Made by a program: the position numbers and the translations under genes. Shown here piece after piece: positions 33,317 to 44,825 of a DNA stretch of 64,000 nt (position 1 is the first letter of the stretch; every line of letters starts with the position of its first letter). The DNA is taken from assembly GCA_965222615.1 (NCBI GenBank), contig CBDCUI010000008.1, positions 768,001-832,000 on the forward strand, given 5' to 3'. This DNA comes from Gammaproteobacteria bacterium. Its GTDB lineage: Bacteria > Pseudomonadota > Gammaproteobacteria > UBA4575. The notes below the pieces were generated by a model. That model was not told the DNA's origin and did no database searches. It was given only the letters and a program-made list of their open reading frames with translations.

Positions 33317-34015
33317 CTGAGAGAATCTCAACAATATTCACTTGATGTTGCATTACGCCCATTTGCAACTTTTGAAACTTTTGTCAGTAATGAAGACAAC
33401 GAATTGGTAGCGTTGTTACAAGATTTGGCACGTCCTAAGAATGAACCTCGGCAATTGTTTATCTGGGGCGCAAGCCAAACAGGTAAATCCCATTTGCTTC
33501 AAGCTGTTTGTAATCTAATCGCAAATACAAAGCAGAAGGCTTTTTATGTTTCACTAAAAGAGTTAGTGGATGCTAATACCAGTATATTCACTGATCTTCA
33601 TCAACTAGATGTAGTTTGTGTCGACGATTTAGAAATGGTATTGGGTAAAAAAGATTGGGATCATGCCTTATTTCATCTTATCAATGAGCTTCGCATCAGA
33701 AATAAAAGTATTGTAATGGCTGCAGCATGCAATCCGGCTAAGTTAAATCTTTCATTGTCCGATTTGACTTCCAGGCTATTATGGGGCCCTGTGTATAAGT
33801 TAGATGATCTAAGCGATTTGCAAAAAGAAACTGCGCTACAACTACATGCAAATGCACGAGGTTTTGAAATTCCGACTGAAGTGTGTGGGTATCTACTCAA
33901 GCGTTATCCACGCGAATTGGCCAAACTGGTCGATATACTTGCGCAGTTAGATGAGCAATCGCTGATGCAAAAACGTAAGGTTACTATTCCATTCTTAAAA
34001 TCTATATTAGGTTAG
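33317..34015 (+). CDS. hda: DnaA regulatory inactivator Hda, probable CTG start
   Basis: GKSHLL, LFHLIN, DLTSRL-WG, VTIPF; conserved N-terminus QQYSLDV..ATFETFV lies upstream of the listed TTG (33404). Confidence 0.9.
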   Translation: MRESQQYSLDVALRPFATFETFVSNEDNELVALLQDLARPKNEPRQLFIWGASQTGKSHLLQAVCNLIANTKQKAFYVSLKELVDANTSIFTDLHQLDVVCVDDLEMVLGKKDWDHALFHLINELRIRNKSIVMAAACNPAKLNLSLSDLTSRLLWGPVYKLDDLSDLQKETALQLHANARGFEIPTEVCGYLLKRYPRELAKLVDILAQLDEQSLMQKRKVTIPFLKSILG

Positions 34016-34160
34016 GGAAGCTCAGATTTATTCTGATATGTCCCAAGAAAGATAAATTAGTAATGATTTCTCAAAATACTCATGTATGCCTCTATACACT
34101 CCGTTTTTTCGAAATCATTTTGCCTAATCTCAGCCATTTCATTAACAAATCAGAGCTTCC
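34016..34160. mobile_element. MITE copy 5
   Basis: GGAAGCTCAGATTTATT ... AACAAATCAGAGCTTCC; starts immediately after the hda stop (TTAG). Confidence 0.8.
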
Positions 34161-34314
34161 CCAGAGTCTATCTCAAAATGCATTTAGCCCTCTGATACAG
34201 TATTGCAAAACTTTCTTAACTGTAAAGCGTAGTAAAAAAGCTACTTGTAAACTGGGTTTTTCGAAAGTTCTACGTCTTGTCTGTGTAGTCAATCTACTTT
34301 TTTGAGATAGGTTT

Positions 34315-35254
<940 letters not shown>

Positions 35255-35344
35255 TTTTACTTTTTCTCCATCGTATTTGCGATTATATTTACGCGCTATT
35301 ATATTTCATCATAGACTTTTTATCAGTGGTTGATATTTTTTTGT

Positions 35345-35629
35345 ATGAATAACATTGCAGACTCTAAATGTATCCGCTGTATTATTGTGGGCAAAGTGCA
35401 GGGGGTGTTTTTTAGGGCCTCAACACAAAAACAAGCACAGCAGCTTGGTATTGTTGGCTATGCAAAAAATCTTTCTGATGGTTCGGTTGAGGTAATGGCT
35501 TGTGGCCTTGATAAGGATCTAGAAAAATTAAAACAATGGTTACACATTGGTCCGCGTAGTGCTCAGGTAATTAATGTCGAATGTGAACCAGCTGAATTAC
35601 AAGGTTTTATGGATTTTCGAACTTACTAG
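35345..35629 (+). CDS. Acylphosphatase
   Basis: GKVQGVFFR, GYAKNLSDGSVEV, GPRSA; ATG at 35345 preferred. Confidence 0.93.
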   Translation: MNNIADSKCIRCIIVGKVQGVFFRASTQKQAQQLGIVGYAKNLSDGSVEVMACGLDKDLEKLKQWLHIGPRSAQVINVECEPAELQGFMDFRTY

Positions 35630-35631
35630 TT

Positions 35632-35976
35632 ATGCCAATTTACGAGTATGAATGTGAAGCATGTGGTTATCGGCATGAGGCCTTGCAAAAGGTTAATGAT
35701 CCTCAGCTAACCGATTGCCCAAAATGTGAAAAGTCTACCCTAAAGAAATTGATTTCTGCTGCTGGTTTTAGACTGAGTGGTTCTGGTTGGTATGAGACCG
35801 ATTTTAAGTCTGATAATAAAAGAAATTTGGCCTCTAGCGACTCACAGAAAAAAGCTGATTCAAAAGAAGGTTCTAAAGATGCTAAAAAAGCTGACAAGAA
35901 AGATAACAGCAAAAAAAGTAAAACTGAAAAAAAGGCGTCTGGATCCAGTTCTAAGTCTGATACTAAGAATAAATGA
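35632..35976 (+). CDS. FmdB-family zinc-ribbon protein with Lys/Ser-rich tail
   Basis: MPIYEYECxxC...CPKC...GSGWYETDF; upstream of aspS. Confidence 0.88.
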   Translation: MPIYEYECEACGYRHEALQKVNDPQLTDCPKCEKSTLKKLISAAGFRLSGSGWYETDFKSDNKRNLASSDSQKKADSKEGSKDAKKADKKDNSKKSKTEKKASGSSSKSDTKNK

Positions 35977-36008
35977 CACCTTGAAAATAACCTGATTAAG
36001 ACGTTCTA

Positions 36009-36044
36009 TTGCATGCTAACTAAGCAGAACGTACTATGCGCCGC
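36009..36044 (+). promoter_or_regulatory. Putative sigma70 promoter of aspS with GC-rich discriminator
   Basis: TTGCAT-17 bp-TACTAT-GCGCCGC. Confidence 0.5.
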
Positions 36045-36093
36045 TAAATCATTTATACATTCATAATACCTCCAAGATATAAAAAGGTCAGGC

Positions 36094-37872
36094 GTGCGAA
36101 CTCATTATTGTGGCCAGGTCACCGAAAAGTTGATCGATCAAGAAATCTGTGTGTGTGGGTGGGTAAACCGCAGGCGAGACCATGGTGGGGTAATTTTTGT
36201 TGATTTACGTGACCGAGATGGAATTTTACAAGTCGTGTTTGATCCGGATACCCCCGAGATTTTTCAAGTAGCTGAACACATTCGCAATGAATACGTATTG
36301 CAAGTAAAAGGTCGTGTTCGTGAGCGTCCGCAAGGCACGATTAATCCTGATTTGCCCACCGGACAAGTAGAAGTGCTGGCACTGTCACTTAAAGTGCTTA
36401 ATGAATCGGACACTCCGCCGTTTCAACTCGATGATGAAGACGTGCATGAAGAGAACCGTCTGCGTTACCGCTATGTGGATTTGCGCCGACCCTTTATGCA
36501 GCAACGTATCCGCACAAAAGCACATGTAGCCCAGGTGTTGCGAAATTATTTAGATGCTCATGGGTTTTTGGATATAGAAACCCCAATTCTAACCAAGGCT
36601 ACGCCTGAAGGTGCTCGAGACTATTTAGTCCCGAGTCGTACCCAACCCGGTTCATTTTTTGCCTTACCCCAATCACCGCAGTTATTTAAACAACTGTTAA
36701 TGATTAGTGGATTTGACCGTTACTATCAAATTGTGCGTTGTTTTCGAGACGAAGACTTGCGTGCAGATCGACAGCCGGAATTCACGCAATTAGATATCGA
36801 AACTTCTTTTATGGATGCAGATGAAATCATGTCGGTTATGGAAGACATGCTACGTAATCTTTTTAAAACCATCTGTAACGAAAAGTTAGAGAAGCCATTT
36901 CCGAGAATGACTTATGCCGATGCCATGTATCGTTATGGTAGTGACAAACCGGATCTTCGAATTGACCTTGAGTTTATTGATATTACAGAATTAATGAAAA
37001 ACGTTGAGTTCAAAGTTTTTAATGGTCCCGCAAATGATGCTGCTAGTCGTGTAGCGATGTTGAAAGTGCCACAAGGAGCATCTTTGACACGCAAAGAAAT
37101 TGATGATTACACAGAATTTGTTAGTCAATATGGTGCAAAAGGGTTGGCATATATTAAATGTAATGATGTTTCGAATTTAACAGGTGGCTTGCAATCTCCA
37201 ATCTTAAAATTTTTACCTGAAGATATCGTTAAACAAATTATTACTACGTCTGATGCAGAAAATGGTGATTTGTTGTTTTTCGGTGCGGATAAAAAGGCAG
37301 TTGTTAACGCAGCTTTGGGAGCATTACGTGTCAAGATTGGCCATGATTTGAATTTAGTGCAAACAGGCTGGCGCCCGCTTTGGATTGTAGAGTTCCCGAT
37401 GTTTGAATGGGACGATGACATAAAGCGCTGGTCGGCCTTACATCATCCATTTACTTCACCTACTTGTGATGCAGAAGAGCTTAAGCAAAAGCCTGGGGAA
37501 GCACTGTCAAAAGCTTATGACATCGTCTTAAATGGTGTAGAAATTGGTGGCGGATCGGTGCGTATTCATAAACAGGATATGCAGGCTGCCGTATTTGAAG
37601 TGTTGCAAATTAGCCAACAAGAAGCACAGGAAAAATTTGGCTTTTTATTACAAGCGCTGCGTTTTGGAGCGCCTCCACATGGTGGTATCGCATTTGGTCT
37701 CGATCGTTTGGTTATGTTGATGACAAACAGTCAATCTATTCGTGATGTAATTCCATTTCCAAAAACACAAAACGCCACATGTTTACTAACGGATGCACCT
37801 ACTCCAGTGAATGAGCGACAGCTGAAAGAATTACATATACGGCTGCGTAGTACAAAGGCTAAGTCAACATAG
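36094..37872 (+). CDS. aspS: Aspartate--tRNA ligase
   Basis: [45 protein letters not shown]; RRDHGG suggests the non-discriminating type. Confidence 0.97.
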   Translation: MRTHYCGQVTEKLIDQEICVCGWVNRRRDHGGVIFVDLRDRDGILQVVFDPDTPEIFQVAEHIRNEYVLQVKGRVRERPQGTINPDLPTGQVEVLALSLKVLNESDTPPFQLDDEDVHEENRLRYRYVDLRRPFMQQRIRTKAHVAQVLRNYLDAHGFLDIETPILTKATPEGARDYLVPSRTQPGSFFALPQSPQLFKQLLMISGFDRYYQIVRCFRDEDLRADRQPEFTQLDIETSFMDADEIMSVMEDMLRNLFKTICNEKLEKPFPRMTYADAMYRYGSDKPDLRIDLEFIDITELMKNVEFKVFNGPANDAASRVAMLKVPQGASLTRKEIDDYTEFVSQYGAKGLAYIKCNDVSNLTGGLQSPILKFLPEDIVKQIITTSDAENGDLLFFGADKKAVVNAALGALRVKIGHDLNLVQTGWRPLWIVEFPMFEWDDDIKRWSALHHPFTSPTCDAEELKQKPGEALSKAYDIVLNGVEIGGGSVRIHKQDMQAAVFEVLQISQQEAQEKFGFLLQALRFGAPPHGGIAFGLDRLVMLMTNSQSIRDVIPFPKTQNATCLLTDAPTPVNERQLKELHIRLRSTKAKST

Positions 37873-37896
37873 GCATATAGTTGGTCAGGGGCTACA

Positions 37897-38739
37897 TCAA
37901 TAATTATTATCCCCCTCAACAAAATCACGAGCATCGTAGGCAGCAGGTTGTTGTTCTAAGCTAGGTGTAGGCCCCTTCAGAATTTGTCTGGCCTCGGCAG
38001 AATTTGGAAATTGTTGAGCCAACAGCACCTTGTACTGATTTGCCATTTGTCGATTTTGCATCGCTTCACCAATTTGGGCGCCTAATAAGAGGGTTTTAGG
38101 GGTATGGCGTGCAATTTTTTCATAGCTTTGCAAAAACTGTAATGCTTTTTCAAATTCATAATTACTATATTGGATTTTTGCAAGTTGATACAAAGGAACT
38201 GGGGACTTTGGGTTAATCTGTAAGGCCTTGCCAAAATAATTACTAGCTTTGACCGTATCCGGTATGCCTAGCACACAAAGACCGGCATTGGTATAGGCAA
38301 CATCAGGTTGCGTATTCTTAGAATTTTTTGCGGCTGCTAAATATATTTTTTCTGCTTCTAGTGGTTTGTCGTGTTTGCATAGAAAGCTCGCATAGTTGGT
38401 TTGTGCAGCAGAGTGATCCGGCTCTATAGATAATGCACGCTTATAATAGCGTTCCGCTAAATCTGGTTGATTGTTTTTATTGTATATTAGACCAGCTACC
38501 GTATAAGCATCTGCAGATTCGGGATTAAATTTTAGGGCTTTTGAAATCGAAGCAAGCGCAGCATCTAAACGCCCAGCATACATATATTGAATGCTTTGTT
38601 TAACATAGGCTTCATCTTGTTTTGGGGGTGTCTTCTTTGTCGATGTACTGGCACAAGAAGATAGAAGGAATATTGTTAATAGCAAGCAAAACCATGGCCA
38701 CAAGCGATTAGCAATTGATATTCGTAATATTGAAATCAT
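37897..38739 (-). CDS. Type IV pilus biogenesis/stability TPR lipoprotein (PilW/PilF-like)
   Basis: Lipobox LSSC, TPR repeats, NYASFLC, AYTNAGLC, C-terminal FPNSAEA. Confidence 0.78.
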   Translation of the reverse strand: MISILRISIANRLWPWFCLLLTIFLLSSCASTSTKKTPPKQDEAYVKQSIQYMYAGRLDAALASISKALKFNPESADAYTVAGLIYNKNNQPDLAERYYKRALSIEPDHSAAQTNYASFLCKHDKPLEAEKIYLAAAKNSKNTQPDVAYTNAGLCVLGIPDTVKASNYFGKALQINPKSPVPLYQLAKIQYSNYEFEKALQFLQSYEKIARHTPKTLLLGAQIGEAMQNRQMANQYKVLLAQQFPNSAEARQILKGPTPSLEQQPAAYDARDFVEGDNNY

Positions 38740-38794
38740 GACTTAAAATAACTTTAGTATTTGAGTATAAGTACCATTAAATAGCTCTTATATA

Positions 38795-39241
38795 TTGCTG
38801 AAAATTAAAACAGTGCAACATAAACGACCTGAATCAGTATTAGTAATAGTATACACGCTAGTCGGTGAGGTCCTGATGTTGCGTCGTAAGTATCCAGATG
38901 ACTTTTGGCAGTCGGTCACGGGTAGTCTAGAATGGGATGAAGTGCCGTTAGAAGCTGCTATTCGAGAGCTGCAAGAAGAGACTGGTTTGGTGGGTCAAGA
39001 TATTCAGGATTGCCACTATTCACAAAAATTTGAGATCTATCCGATCTGGCGTGAACGCTATGCCCCCGGAGTCACGCACAACCAAGAGCATGTGTTTTGT
39101 GTAGCCTTACCGGAAACGGTCGAAATCCAGTTAGATCCTAGAGAACATAGTGAGTATCTGTGGTTGCCACGTGAGCAAGCTATTGATCTCGCTTTTTCTC
39201 ATACCAATCAAGAAGCTATTTCACGTTGGGTACCTCAATAG
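38795..39241 (+). CDS. nudB: Dihydroneopterin triphosphate diphosphatase (Nudix)
   Basis: KRPESVLV, WQSVTGS, RELQEETG, YAPGVTHNQEH. Confidence 0.93.
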   Translation: MLKIKTVQHKRPESVLVIVYTLVGEVLMLRRKYPDDFWQSVTGSLEWDEVPLEAAIRELQEETGLVGQDIQDCHYSQKFEIYPIWRERYAPGVTHNQEHVFCVALPETVEIQLDPREHSEYLWLPREQAIDLAFSHTNQEAISRWVPQ

Positions 39242-39263
39242 CTATTACTGCGAGCTTTGTTTA

Positions 39264-39887
39264 ATGCGCGAAATTGTTGTTTGTACTCACGGGATATGGA
39301 TGAATAGCTGGGTGATGAAGCCCCTGTCTCACTATTTAACTGCTCATGGACACGTATGTAAGCAGTTTTCCTACCATAGTATAAGGCAAACGCCAAAACA
39401 AAATGCACTGCGCTTAGGGCAATTTGTAGCACGACTCGATGCCGATATTATTCATTTTGTTGGCCACAGCTTGGGTGGGATCATATTGTTGCATTATTTT
39501 CACCATTTCGATGATGCGAAACCGGGTAGAGTGGTTATGTTGGGCACACCCTTGGCAGGTAGTGGGGTTGCACGCTATATGTCGAGAAATAAGTTAATAA
39601 AAAATAGCATGTTAGGGGCAAGTGCTAATACTTTACTTGGAGGTGTGCCAGCTTGGAAGGGAACGCGTCCACTTGCGGTTTTTGCGGGTACTCGGGGTCA
39701 AGGTATCGGTAAGATGCTGGGGGCATCATTGGAGAAACCTAATGATGGCACGGTTGCGGTGTCTGAGACGATGATTGACAACTGTACCTTGCATATCAAA
39801 GTTCCATATAGCCATACGGGGCTGTTATTGTCGAAATCCGTTGCGGCTTCTGTGGATGAGTTTTTACGAACCGGAGACGTCTCTTAG
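39264..39887 (+). CDS. Alpha/beta hydrolase (esterase/lipase-like)
   Basis: HGIWM, GHSLGG, NDGTV, SHTGLL; ATG at 39264 avoids overlap with nudB. Confidence 0.85.
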   Translation: MREIVVCTHGIWMNSWVMKPLSHYLTAHGHVCKQFSYHSIRQTPKQNALRLGQFVARLDADIIHFVGHSLGGIILLHYFHHFDDAKPGRVVMLGTPLAGSGVARYMSRNKLIKNSMLGASANTLLGGVPAWKGTRPLAVFAGTRGQGIGKMLGASLEKPNDGTVAVSETMIDNCTLHIKVPYSHTGLLLSKSVAASVDEFLRTGDVS

Positions 39888-40099
39888 ATATTCGATATAA
39901 GGAAGTGCTAAAATATATAGTTGTTGATCTACAGCATGCTTTATAAATAGCATGCTGGCGCGGTATGGATGTCGCGCTCGCAAATCAAACACTAAAGTGT
40001 TTGATTTGTCGTAGCCAAGCACGGGCATGCGCTGGGCTTGGCGAGTTGCAAAAGGACAGGATAGACCTTTTTCAACAAATTAATACTAGAGGAGATTCA

Positions 40100-40846
40100 A
40101 TGGCTGGTCACAGTAAATGGGCCAATATTCAACACCGCAAAAAAGCGCAGGATGCCAAGCGCGGGAAATTATTCACTAGACTGATTCGCGAAATAACGGT
40201 TGCCGCTCGCATGGGTGGTTCGGATCTTAATGCCAATTCACGTTTACGTTTAGCCGTGGACAAAGGCCTCTCGGCCAACATGCCCAAAGATACTGTGGAA
40301 CGTGCGATTAAACGCGGTGCCGGAGAACTGGATGGTGAAAACTATGAAGAAGTACGCTATGAGGGATATGGTCCAGGTGGTGCCGCAATCCTGGTAGATT
40401 GTATGACCGATAATCGTAATCGCACCGTAGCTGAGATCCGTCATGCCTTTACTAAGTTTAATGGTAACTTGGGTACATCGGGCTCAGTCGCCTATATGTT
40501 TTCCAATGTAGGGGTAATTCAGTTTCCTTCAGGTACAGATGAAGATTCAGTAATGGAAGCTGCACTTGAATCAGGCGCTGAAGACATTATCACCCATGAA
40601 GATGGCAGTATCGAGGTATTAACTTCGTTGGAAACCTTTATATCGGTCAAAGAGGCATTGCAAACAGCGAATTTGTCTATTGAACATGCTGAAGTGACCA
40701 TGCGAGCCAGTACTACGTCAACCTTGTCTGAAAAAGAAGGTGAAAGCATGTTGAAATTACTGGATGCACTGGATGAGCTAGACGATGTGCAAAATGTTTA
40801 CTCGAACGCAGATATTCCTGATTCGGTATACGAAGCCGTGGCATAA
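40100..40846 (+). CDS. yebC: YebC/PmpR family protein
   Basis: [10 protein letters not shown] start at 40100 after AGGAG; [15 protein letters not shown]. Confidence 0.96.
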   Translation: MAGHSKWANIQHRKKAQDAKRGKLFTRLIREITVAARMGGSDLNANSRLRLAVDKGLSANMPKDTVERAIKRGAGELDGENYEEVRYEGYGPGGAAILVDCMTDNRNRTVAEIRHAFTKFNGNLGTSGSVAYMFSNVGVIQFPSGTDEDSVMEAALESGAEDIITHEDGSIEVLTSLETFISVKEALQTANLSIEHAEVTMRASTTSTLSEKEGESMLKLLDALDELDDVQNVYSNADIPDSVYEAVA

Positions 40847-40854
40847 CTATTCCC

Positions 40855-41400
40855 ATGCAATATCGCACAAGTATTCAAAAGCAAAATTCTGTCCGTATTC
40901 TTGGAATTGATCCAGGCTTACAAATTACCGGTTTTGGCGTGATCGACAGTGATGGCCGAAGTAGTCGTTATGTACACAGTGGCAATATTCGTGCCGATGG
41001 CAAACAAGACATGCCGCATCGCTTAGGCCTCATTTTTCGCAAGTTGACCAGCGTGATAGAAGAACATAGGCCTGATGAGGTTGCTATAGAAGAAGTTTTT
41101 ATTTCCCGTAATGCAGCTTCGGCATTAAAACTTGGGCATGCGCGTGGTGCTGCAATCTGTGCTGCAGTGCAGTCACACATTCCGGTAAGCGAATATAGTG
41201 CACGTTCGGTGAAACAGGCAGTTGTTGGAAATGGCGCTGCAAATAAAGAACAGATACAGCATATGGTGTTACGTCTGTTGTCATTGCGTGGTGCATTACA
41301 AATAGATGAAGCAGATGCTTTGGCAGTGTGCTTATGTCATGCACATACTGCATTACTAATGGATAGCAAACGTAGCTTTATTAGCAAGAGTTACGCATGA
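40855..41400 (+). CDS. ruvC: Holliday junction resolvase
   Basis: ILGIDPG, LGHARG, VKQAVVG, DEADALA. Confidence 0.96.
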   Translation: MQYRTSIQKQNSVRILGIDPGLQITGFGVIDSDGRSSRYVHSGNIRADGKQDMPHRLGLIFRKLTSVIEEHRPDEVAIEEVFISRNAASALKLGHARGAAICAAVQSHIPVSEYSARSVKQAVVGNGAANKEQIQHMVLRLLSLRGALQIDEADALAVCLCHAHTALLMDSKRSFISKSYA

Positions 41401-41996
41401 TTGGTCGTTTACAAGGCAAGATTATTGATAAACAACCTCCACATCTATTGTTAGATGTAAAGGGAGTAGGTTACGAATTGGAAGCTCCGATGTCTACGTT
41501 TTATGAATTACCCGATTGTGATGAAAGCGTGACGCTGTATACCCACTTATTAGTACGTGATGATGCACATACCTTATATGCATTTAAACACCCACAAGAT
41601 CGTAGCTTGTTTCGAAATTTACTAAAGGTAAATGGTGTAGGTGCAAAGATGGCATTAGCAATTTTGTCAGGTATGGATGTAACTGCCTTTACAGAGTGTA
41701 TCCATAGAGGAGACACAGATTCATTAATACGTTTACCGGGTGTGGGCCGAAAAACAGCAGAGCGACTCATAATCGACATGCGCGACCGTTTAGATAAAAC
41801 TTCGGTACCTGCAGCTTCTACTAATGGTTCGAATGGCCATGCTCGTAAACAAAACTCGGTTGAAGATGCAGTTTCTGCTTTGATCTCTTTGGGCTATAAA
41901 CCCAATGATGCAAGCCGCATGGTGAGTAATGTTGATACACAAGATCAATCTAGTGAAGACATTATTCGTCTAGCGTTGAAATCCAGTTTTTCCTAG
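41397..41996 (+). CDS. ruvA: Holliday junction branch migration protein RuvA
   Basis: MIGRLQG, GVGYE, GVGAK, PGVGRKTAER. Confidence 0.96.
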   Translation: MIGRLQGKIIDKQPPHLLLDVKGVGYELEAPMSTFYELPDCDESVTLYTHLLVRDDAHTLYAFKHPQDRSLFRNLLKVNGVGAKMALAILSGMDVTAFTECIHRGDTDSLIRLPGVGRKTAERLIIDMRDRLDKTSVPAASTNGSNGHARKQNSVEDAVSALISLGYKPNDASRMVSNVDTQDQSSEDIIRLALKSSFS

Positions 41997-42020
41997 GCGA
42001 TGTAAAATGAGGTGTAAATA

Positions 42021-43094
42021 ATGACCGTAGTAGAATCATCTCGTATAGTTGATACTAAAGCTGAAAAAGATGAGATAGTTGCTGAAAATGCAATTCGTCC
42101 TCGTAGTTTAAATGAATATATTGGACAAACTAAAGTATGCCAACAAATGGAGATTTTTATTTCCGCCGCAAAACAACGTCAAGAGGCGTTGGACCATGTA
42201 TTGATATTTGGACCGCCCGGCTTAGGTAAAACCACCTTATCAAATATTATCGCAAACGAATTACAGGTAAATTTACGCCATACCTCAGGTCCTGTTTTAG
42301 AACGTCCAGGCGATTTAGCCGCGATGCTGACGAATCTTGAATCGAATGACGTTTTGTTTGTAGATGAAATCCATAGGCTTAGTCCAGTTGTTGAAGAAGT
42401 TCTTTATCCTGCTATGGAAGATTTTCAGTTAGATATCGTGATTGGTGAAGGACCTGCGGCTAGATCGATAAAATTAGATTTACCTCCATTTACACTAGTG
42501 GGTGCAACTACACGTGCTGGATTGCTAACTTCGCCACTGCGTGATCGGTTTGGTATTGTGCAGCGTCTTGAATTTTATACTAAGGAAGAATTATCCGTGA
42601 TCGTACGACGATCTGCGAAAATTTTAAAAGTTGAAATAAATGATGATGGAGCAGAGCAGATTGCGCGCCGTTCAAGAGGTACACCAAGAATTGCAAACCG
42701 ATTATTAAGACGTGTGCGAGATTACGCTCAAGTAAAGTCTAATGGTGTTATTACAAGTGAGAATGCCATAAATGCTTTGGATATGTTGAGTGTTGACGAA
42801 AATGGTTTTGATAATATGGATCGAAGGTTGTTACTTGCAGTTATTGAAAAGTTTGAAGGGGGTCCGGTTGGTATCGATAGTTTGGCAGCTGCTATTGGCG
42901 AAGAACGAGGAACAATCGAAGACGTGATTGAGCCGTATTTAATTTTAAAGGGCTTTATGATGCGCACATCAAGAGGGCGGGTTGCAACAAGCAATGCCTA
43001 TCGTCATTTTGGTATCAAAGTTCCTCAGCATAATCTAGGCCAGTCACTGGAAACTGATCCAAACTCGGATTTATTTTCCAATACTACGCAATAA
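42021..43094 (+). CDS. ruvB: Holliday junction helicase RuvB
   Basis: [31 protein letters not shown]. Confidence 0.98.
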   Translation: MTVVESSRIVDTKAEKDEIVAENAIRPRSLNEYIGQTKVCQQMEIFISAAKQRQEALDHVLIFGPPGLGKTTLSNIIANELQVNLRHTSGPVLERPGDLAAMLTNLESNDVLFVDEIHRLSPVVEEVLYPAMEDFQLDIVIGEGPAARSIKLDLPPFTLVGATTRAGLLTSPLRDRFGIVQRLEFYTKEELSVIVRRSAKILKVEINDDGAEQIARRSRGTPRIANRLLRRVRDYAQVKSNGVITSENAINALDMLSVDENGFDNMDRRLLLAVIEKFEGGPVGIDSLAAAIGEERGTIEDVIEPYLILKGFMMRTSRGRVATSNAYRHFGIKVPQHNLGQSLETDPNSDLFSNTTQ

Positions 43095-43105
43095 ACCTCT
43101 TTCAA

Positions 43106-43249
43106 GGGAGTTCTGATTTATTAATGAATATGGCTGAGATGAGGCAAAAATTTTTGAGAAAGCGGAGTTTACACGTTAGTAAATGAGCATTTTGAAAAAA
43201 TTTTTAACGACCAAAAAAATTAATTAAGGCAGAATAAATCAGGACTACG
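43106..43249. mobile_element. MITE copy 6 (plain, no nested insertion)
   Basis: GGGAGTTCTGATTTATT ... AATAAATCAGGACTACG, flanks TCAA/TTAA; central GCGGAGTTTAC..GTAAATGAGC hairpin. Confidence 0.8.
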
Positions 43250-43257
43250 TTAAGTAA

Positions 43258-43683
43258 ATGAAGCCATTTGTTTGGAATGTGCGAGTATATTACGAAGATA
43301 CCGATGCTGGTGGCGTTGTGTATTATGCAAATTATCTAAAATTTATGGAACGCGCACGAACTGAGTGGTTACGTACTTTTGGACTCGAACAAGATGAATT
43401 GGCGCGTGATTTGAACATTCTGTTTGCGGTACGGTCTGTAAATATTGAATATAAACAACCTGCAAGATTTAATGACACTCTAACCGTTTCAGTTGAACCT
43501 TATGCACTCAAACCAGCAAGTGTTTCATTTAAACAAACCATCAACAAGCAAGACAAAGCGATGAAAATGTTTACTAATGCGGATGTAAATATAGTATGCC
43601 TATGCGCCGATGACTTTTCTCCACAGCCCATCCCCAAAAAATTATTCGCAAATATAGATAGGGAGATTAAACGTGCACGTTGA
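43258..43683 (+). CDS. ybgC: Tol-pal-associated acyl-CoA thioesterase
   Basis: VRVYYEDTDAGGVVYYANYLKFMERARTE. Confidence 0.95.
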   Translation: MKPFVWNVRVYYEDTDAGGVVYYANYLKFMERARTEWLRTFGLEQDELARDLNILFAVRSVNIEYKQPARFNDTLTVSVEPYALKPASVSFKQTINKQDKAMKMFTNADVNIVCLCADDFSPQPIPKKLFANIDREIKRAR

Positions 43684-44371
43684 TACGAGTATTTTAGGTT
43701 TAATTGGCAATGCTAGCTTGTTGGTGCAGCTAGTCATGTTATTGCTACTCGTTGCGTCGGTGGTCTCTTGGACCATGATTGTAAGCAAATGGAGAATTAT
43801 TAAGGATGCCAGAAAGGAATCGGATGCATTTGAAGATAAGTTTTGGTCAGGTACGGATTTGGCTTCACTATATGAAAAGATTCGGTTGAAAAAAGATCCT
43901 GCAGGTATGGAGCATATTTTTATTGCGGGTTTCAAAGAATATGTGCGCCTGCATCGGCAGCGCAAAGTTTCTCCAATTGCTATTGCAGATACTGCGCTGC
44001 GTTCGATGAAAGTAGCGATGTCTCGTGAAGTGGAAGTGCTTGAGCACTATTTGGCTTTTCTGGCAACAGTGGGATCGACGGCTCCTTACATAGGCTTATT
44101 TGGTACGGTGTGGGGCATTATGAATTCATTTCGGGCACTAAGTGATGTACAGCAAGCCACATTATCGGCCGTTGCACCAGGTATTGCTGAAGCATTGATT
44201 GCTACTGCCATGGGTCTGTTTGCCGCTATTCCGGCAGTCATTGCGTATAACCGTTATTCGACTGATGTAGAGCGATTAGTCATACGCTATGACAACTTTG
44301 TAGAGGAATTTACCGCTTTATTGCAAAGGCAGGCTTTGACCAAAGATATGGATATACAGGAAAGCGCATAA
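43673..44371 (+). CDS. tolQ: TolQ
   Basis: PYIGLFGTVWGIM, VAPGIAEALIATA. Confidence 0.96.
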   Translation: MHVDTSILGLIGNASLLVQLVMLLLLVASVVSWTMIVSKWRIIKDARKESDAFEDKFWSGTDLASLYEKIRLKKDPAGMEHIFIAGFKEYVRLHRQRKVSPIAIADTALRSMKVAMSREVEVLEHYLAFLATVGSTAPYIGLFGTVWGIMNSFRALSDVQQATLSAVAPGIAEALIATAMGLFAAIPAVIAYNRYSTDVERLVIRYDNFVEEFTALLQRQALTKDMDIQESA

Positions 44372-44375
44372 AGCG

Positions 44376-44819
44376 ATGGCGACTGGAATCCGAAGACGTA
44401 AACGCATGTCAGAGATCAATGTCGTGCCGTATATCGACGTTACTCTGGTATTGTTGGTCATATTTATGGTCACCGCACCCTTGTTTCATCAAGGGGTTGA
44501 GGTGGAATTGCCCAGCGCCCCTGCGAAACAGCTAGATAAAACCGATGAAAATCAAGAACCTTTGATTATTTCGGTAAATCGAGCCGGGCAGGTGTTTGTA
44601 AATAAGGCAAAACAGCCAAAAGAATCAATTCCGGACGATCTATTTAGAAACCAAATTCGAGAAATACTATCTAAAGAGCAGGGAAATCCAATCTATGTTC
44701 GAGGAGATAAGGATGTGGATTATGGGCGAGTCGTCACAGTGATGGTAATGCTGCAAGATGCAGGTGCAGAGAATGTTGGTCTTATTACAGATCCAACGGT
44801 AGAAGAGCTTGAAAATTAG
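44376..44819 (+). CDS. tolR: TolR
   Basis: EINVVPYIDV, MVTAP, VRGD. Confidence 0.95.
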   Translation: MATGIRRRKRMSEINVVPYIDVTLVLLVIFMVTAPLFHQGVEVELPSAPAKQLDKTDENQEPLIISVNRAGQVFVNKAKQPKESIPDDLFRNQIREILSKEQGNPIYVRGDKDVDYGRVVTVMVMLQDAGAENVGLITDPTVEELEN

Positions 44820-44825
44820 AGAATC

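Noticed and set aside
34063-34305. 80-aa ORF after hda
   Set aside because: Starts inside MITE copy 5; likely spurious
35632-35976. FmdB-family gene as part of the formamide system
   Set aside because: Routine aspS-linked zinc-ribbon gene about 15 kb from the island; the family name alone is no evidence
39150-39263. Overlap of the hydrolase ORF with nudB
   Set aside because: ATG at 39264 gives a complete fold without overlap
39965-40099. 45-aa N-terminal extension of YebC in the ORF track
   Set aside because: Canonical MAGHSKW start with a strong SD at 40100; the upstream part is structured non-coding sequence
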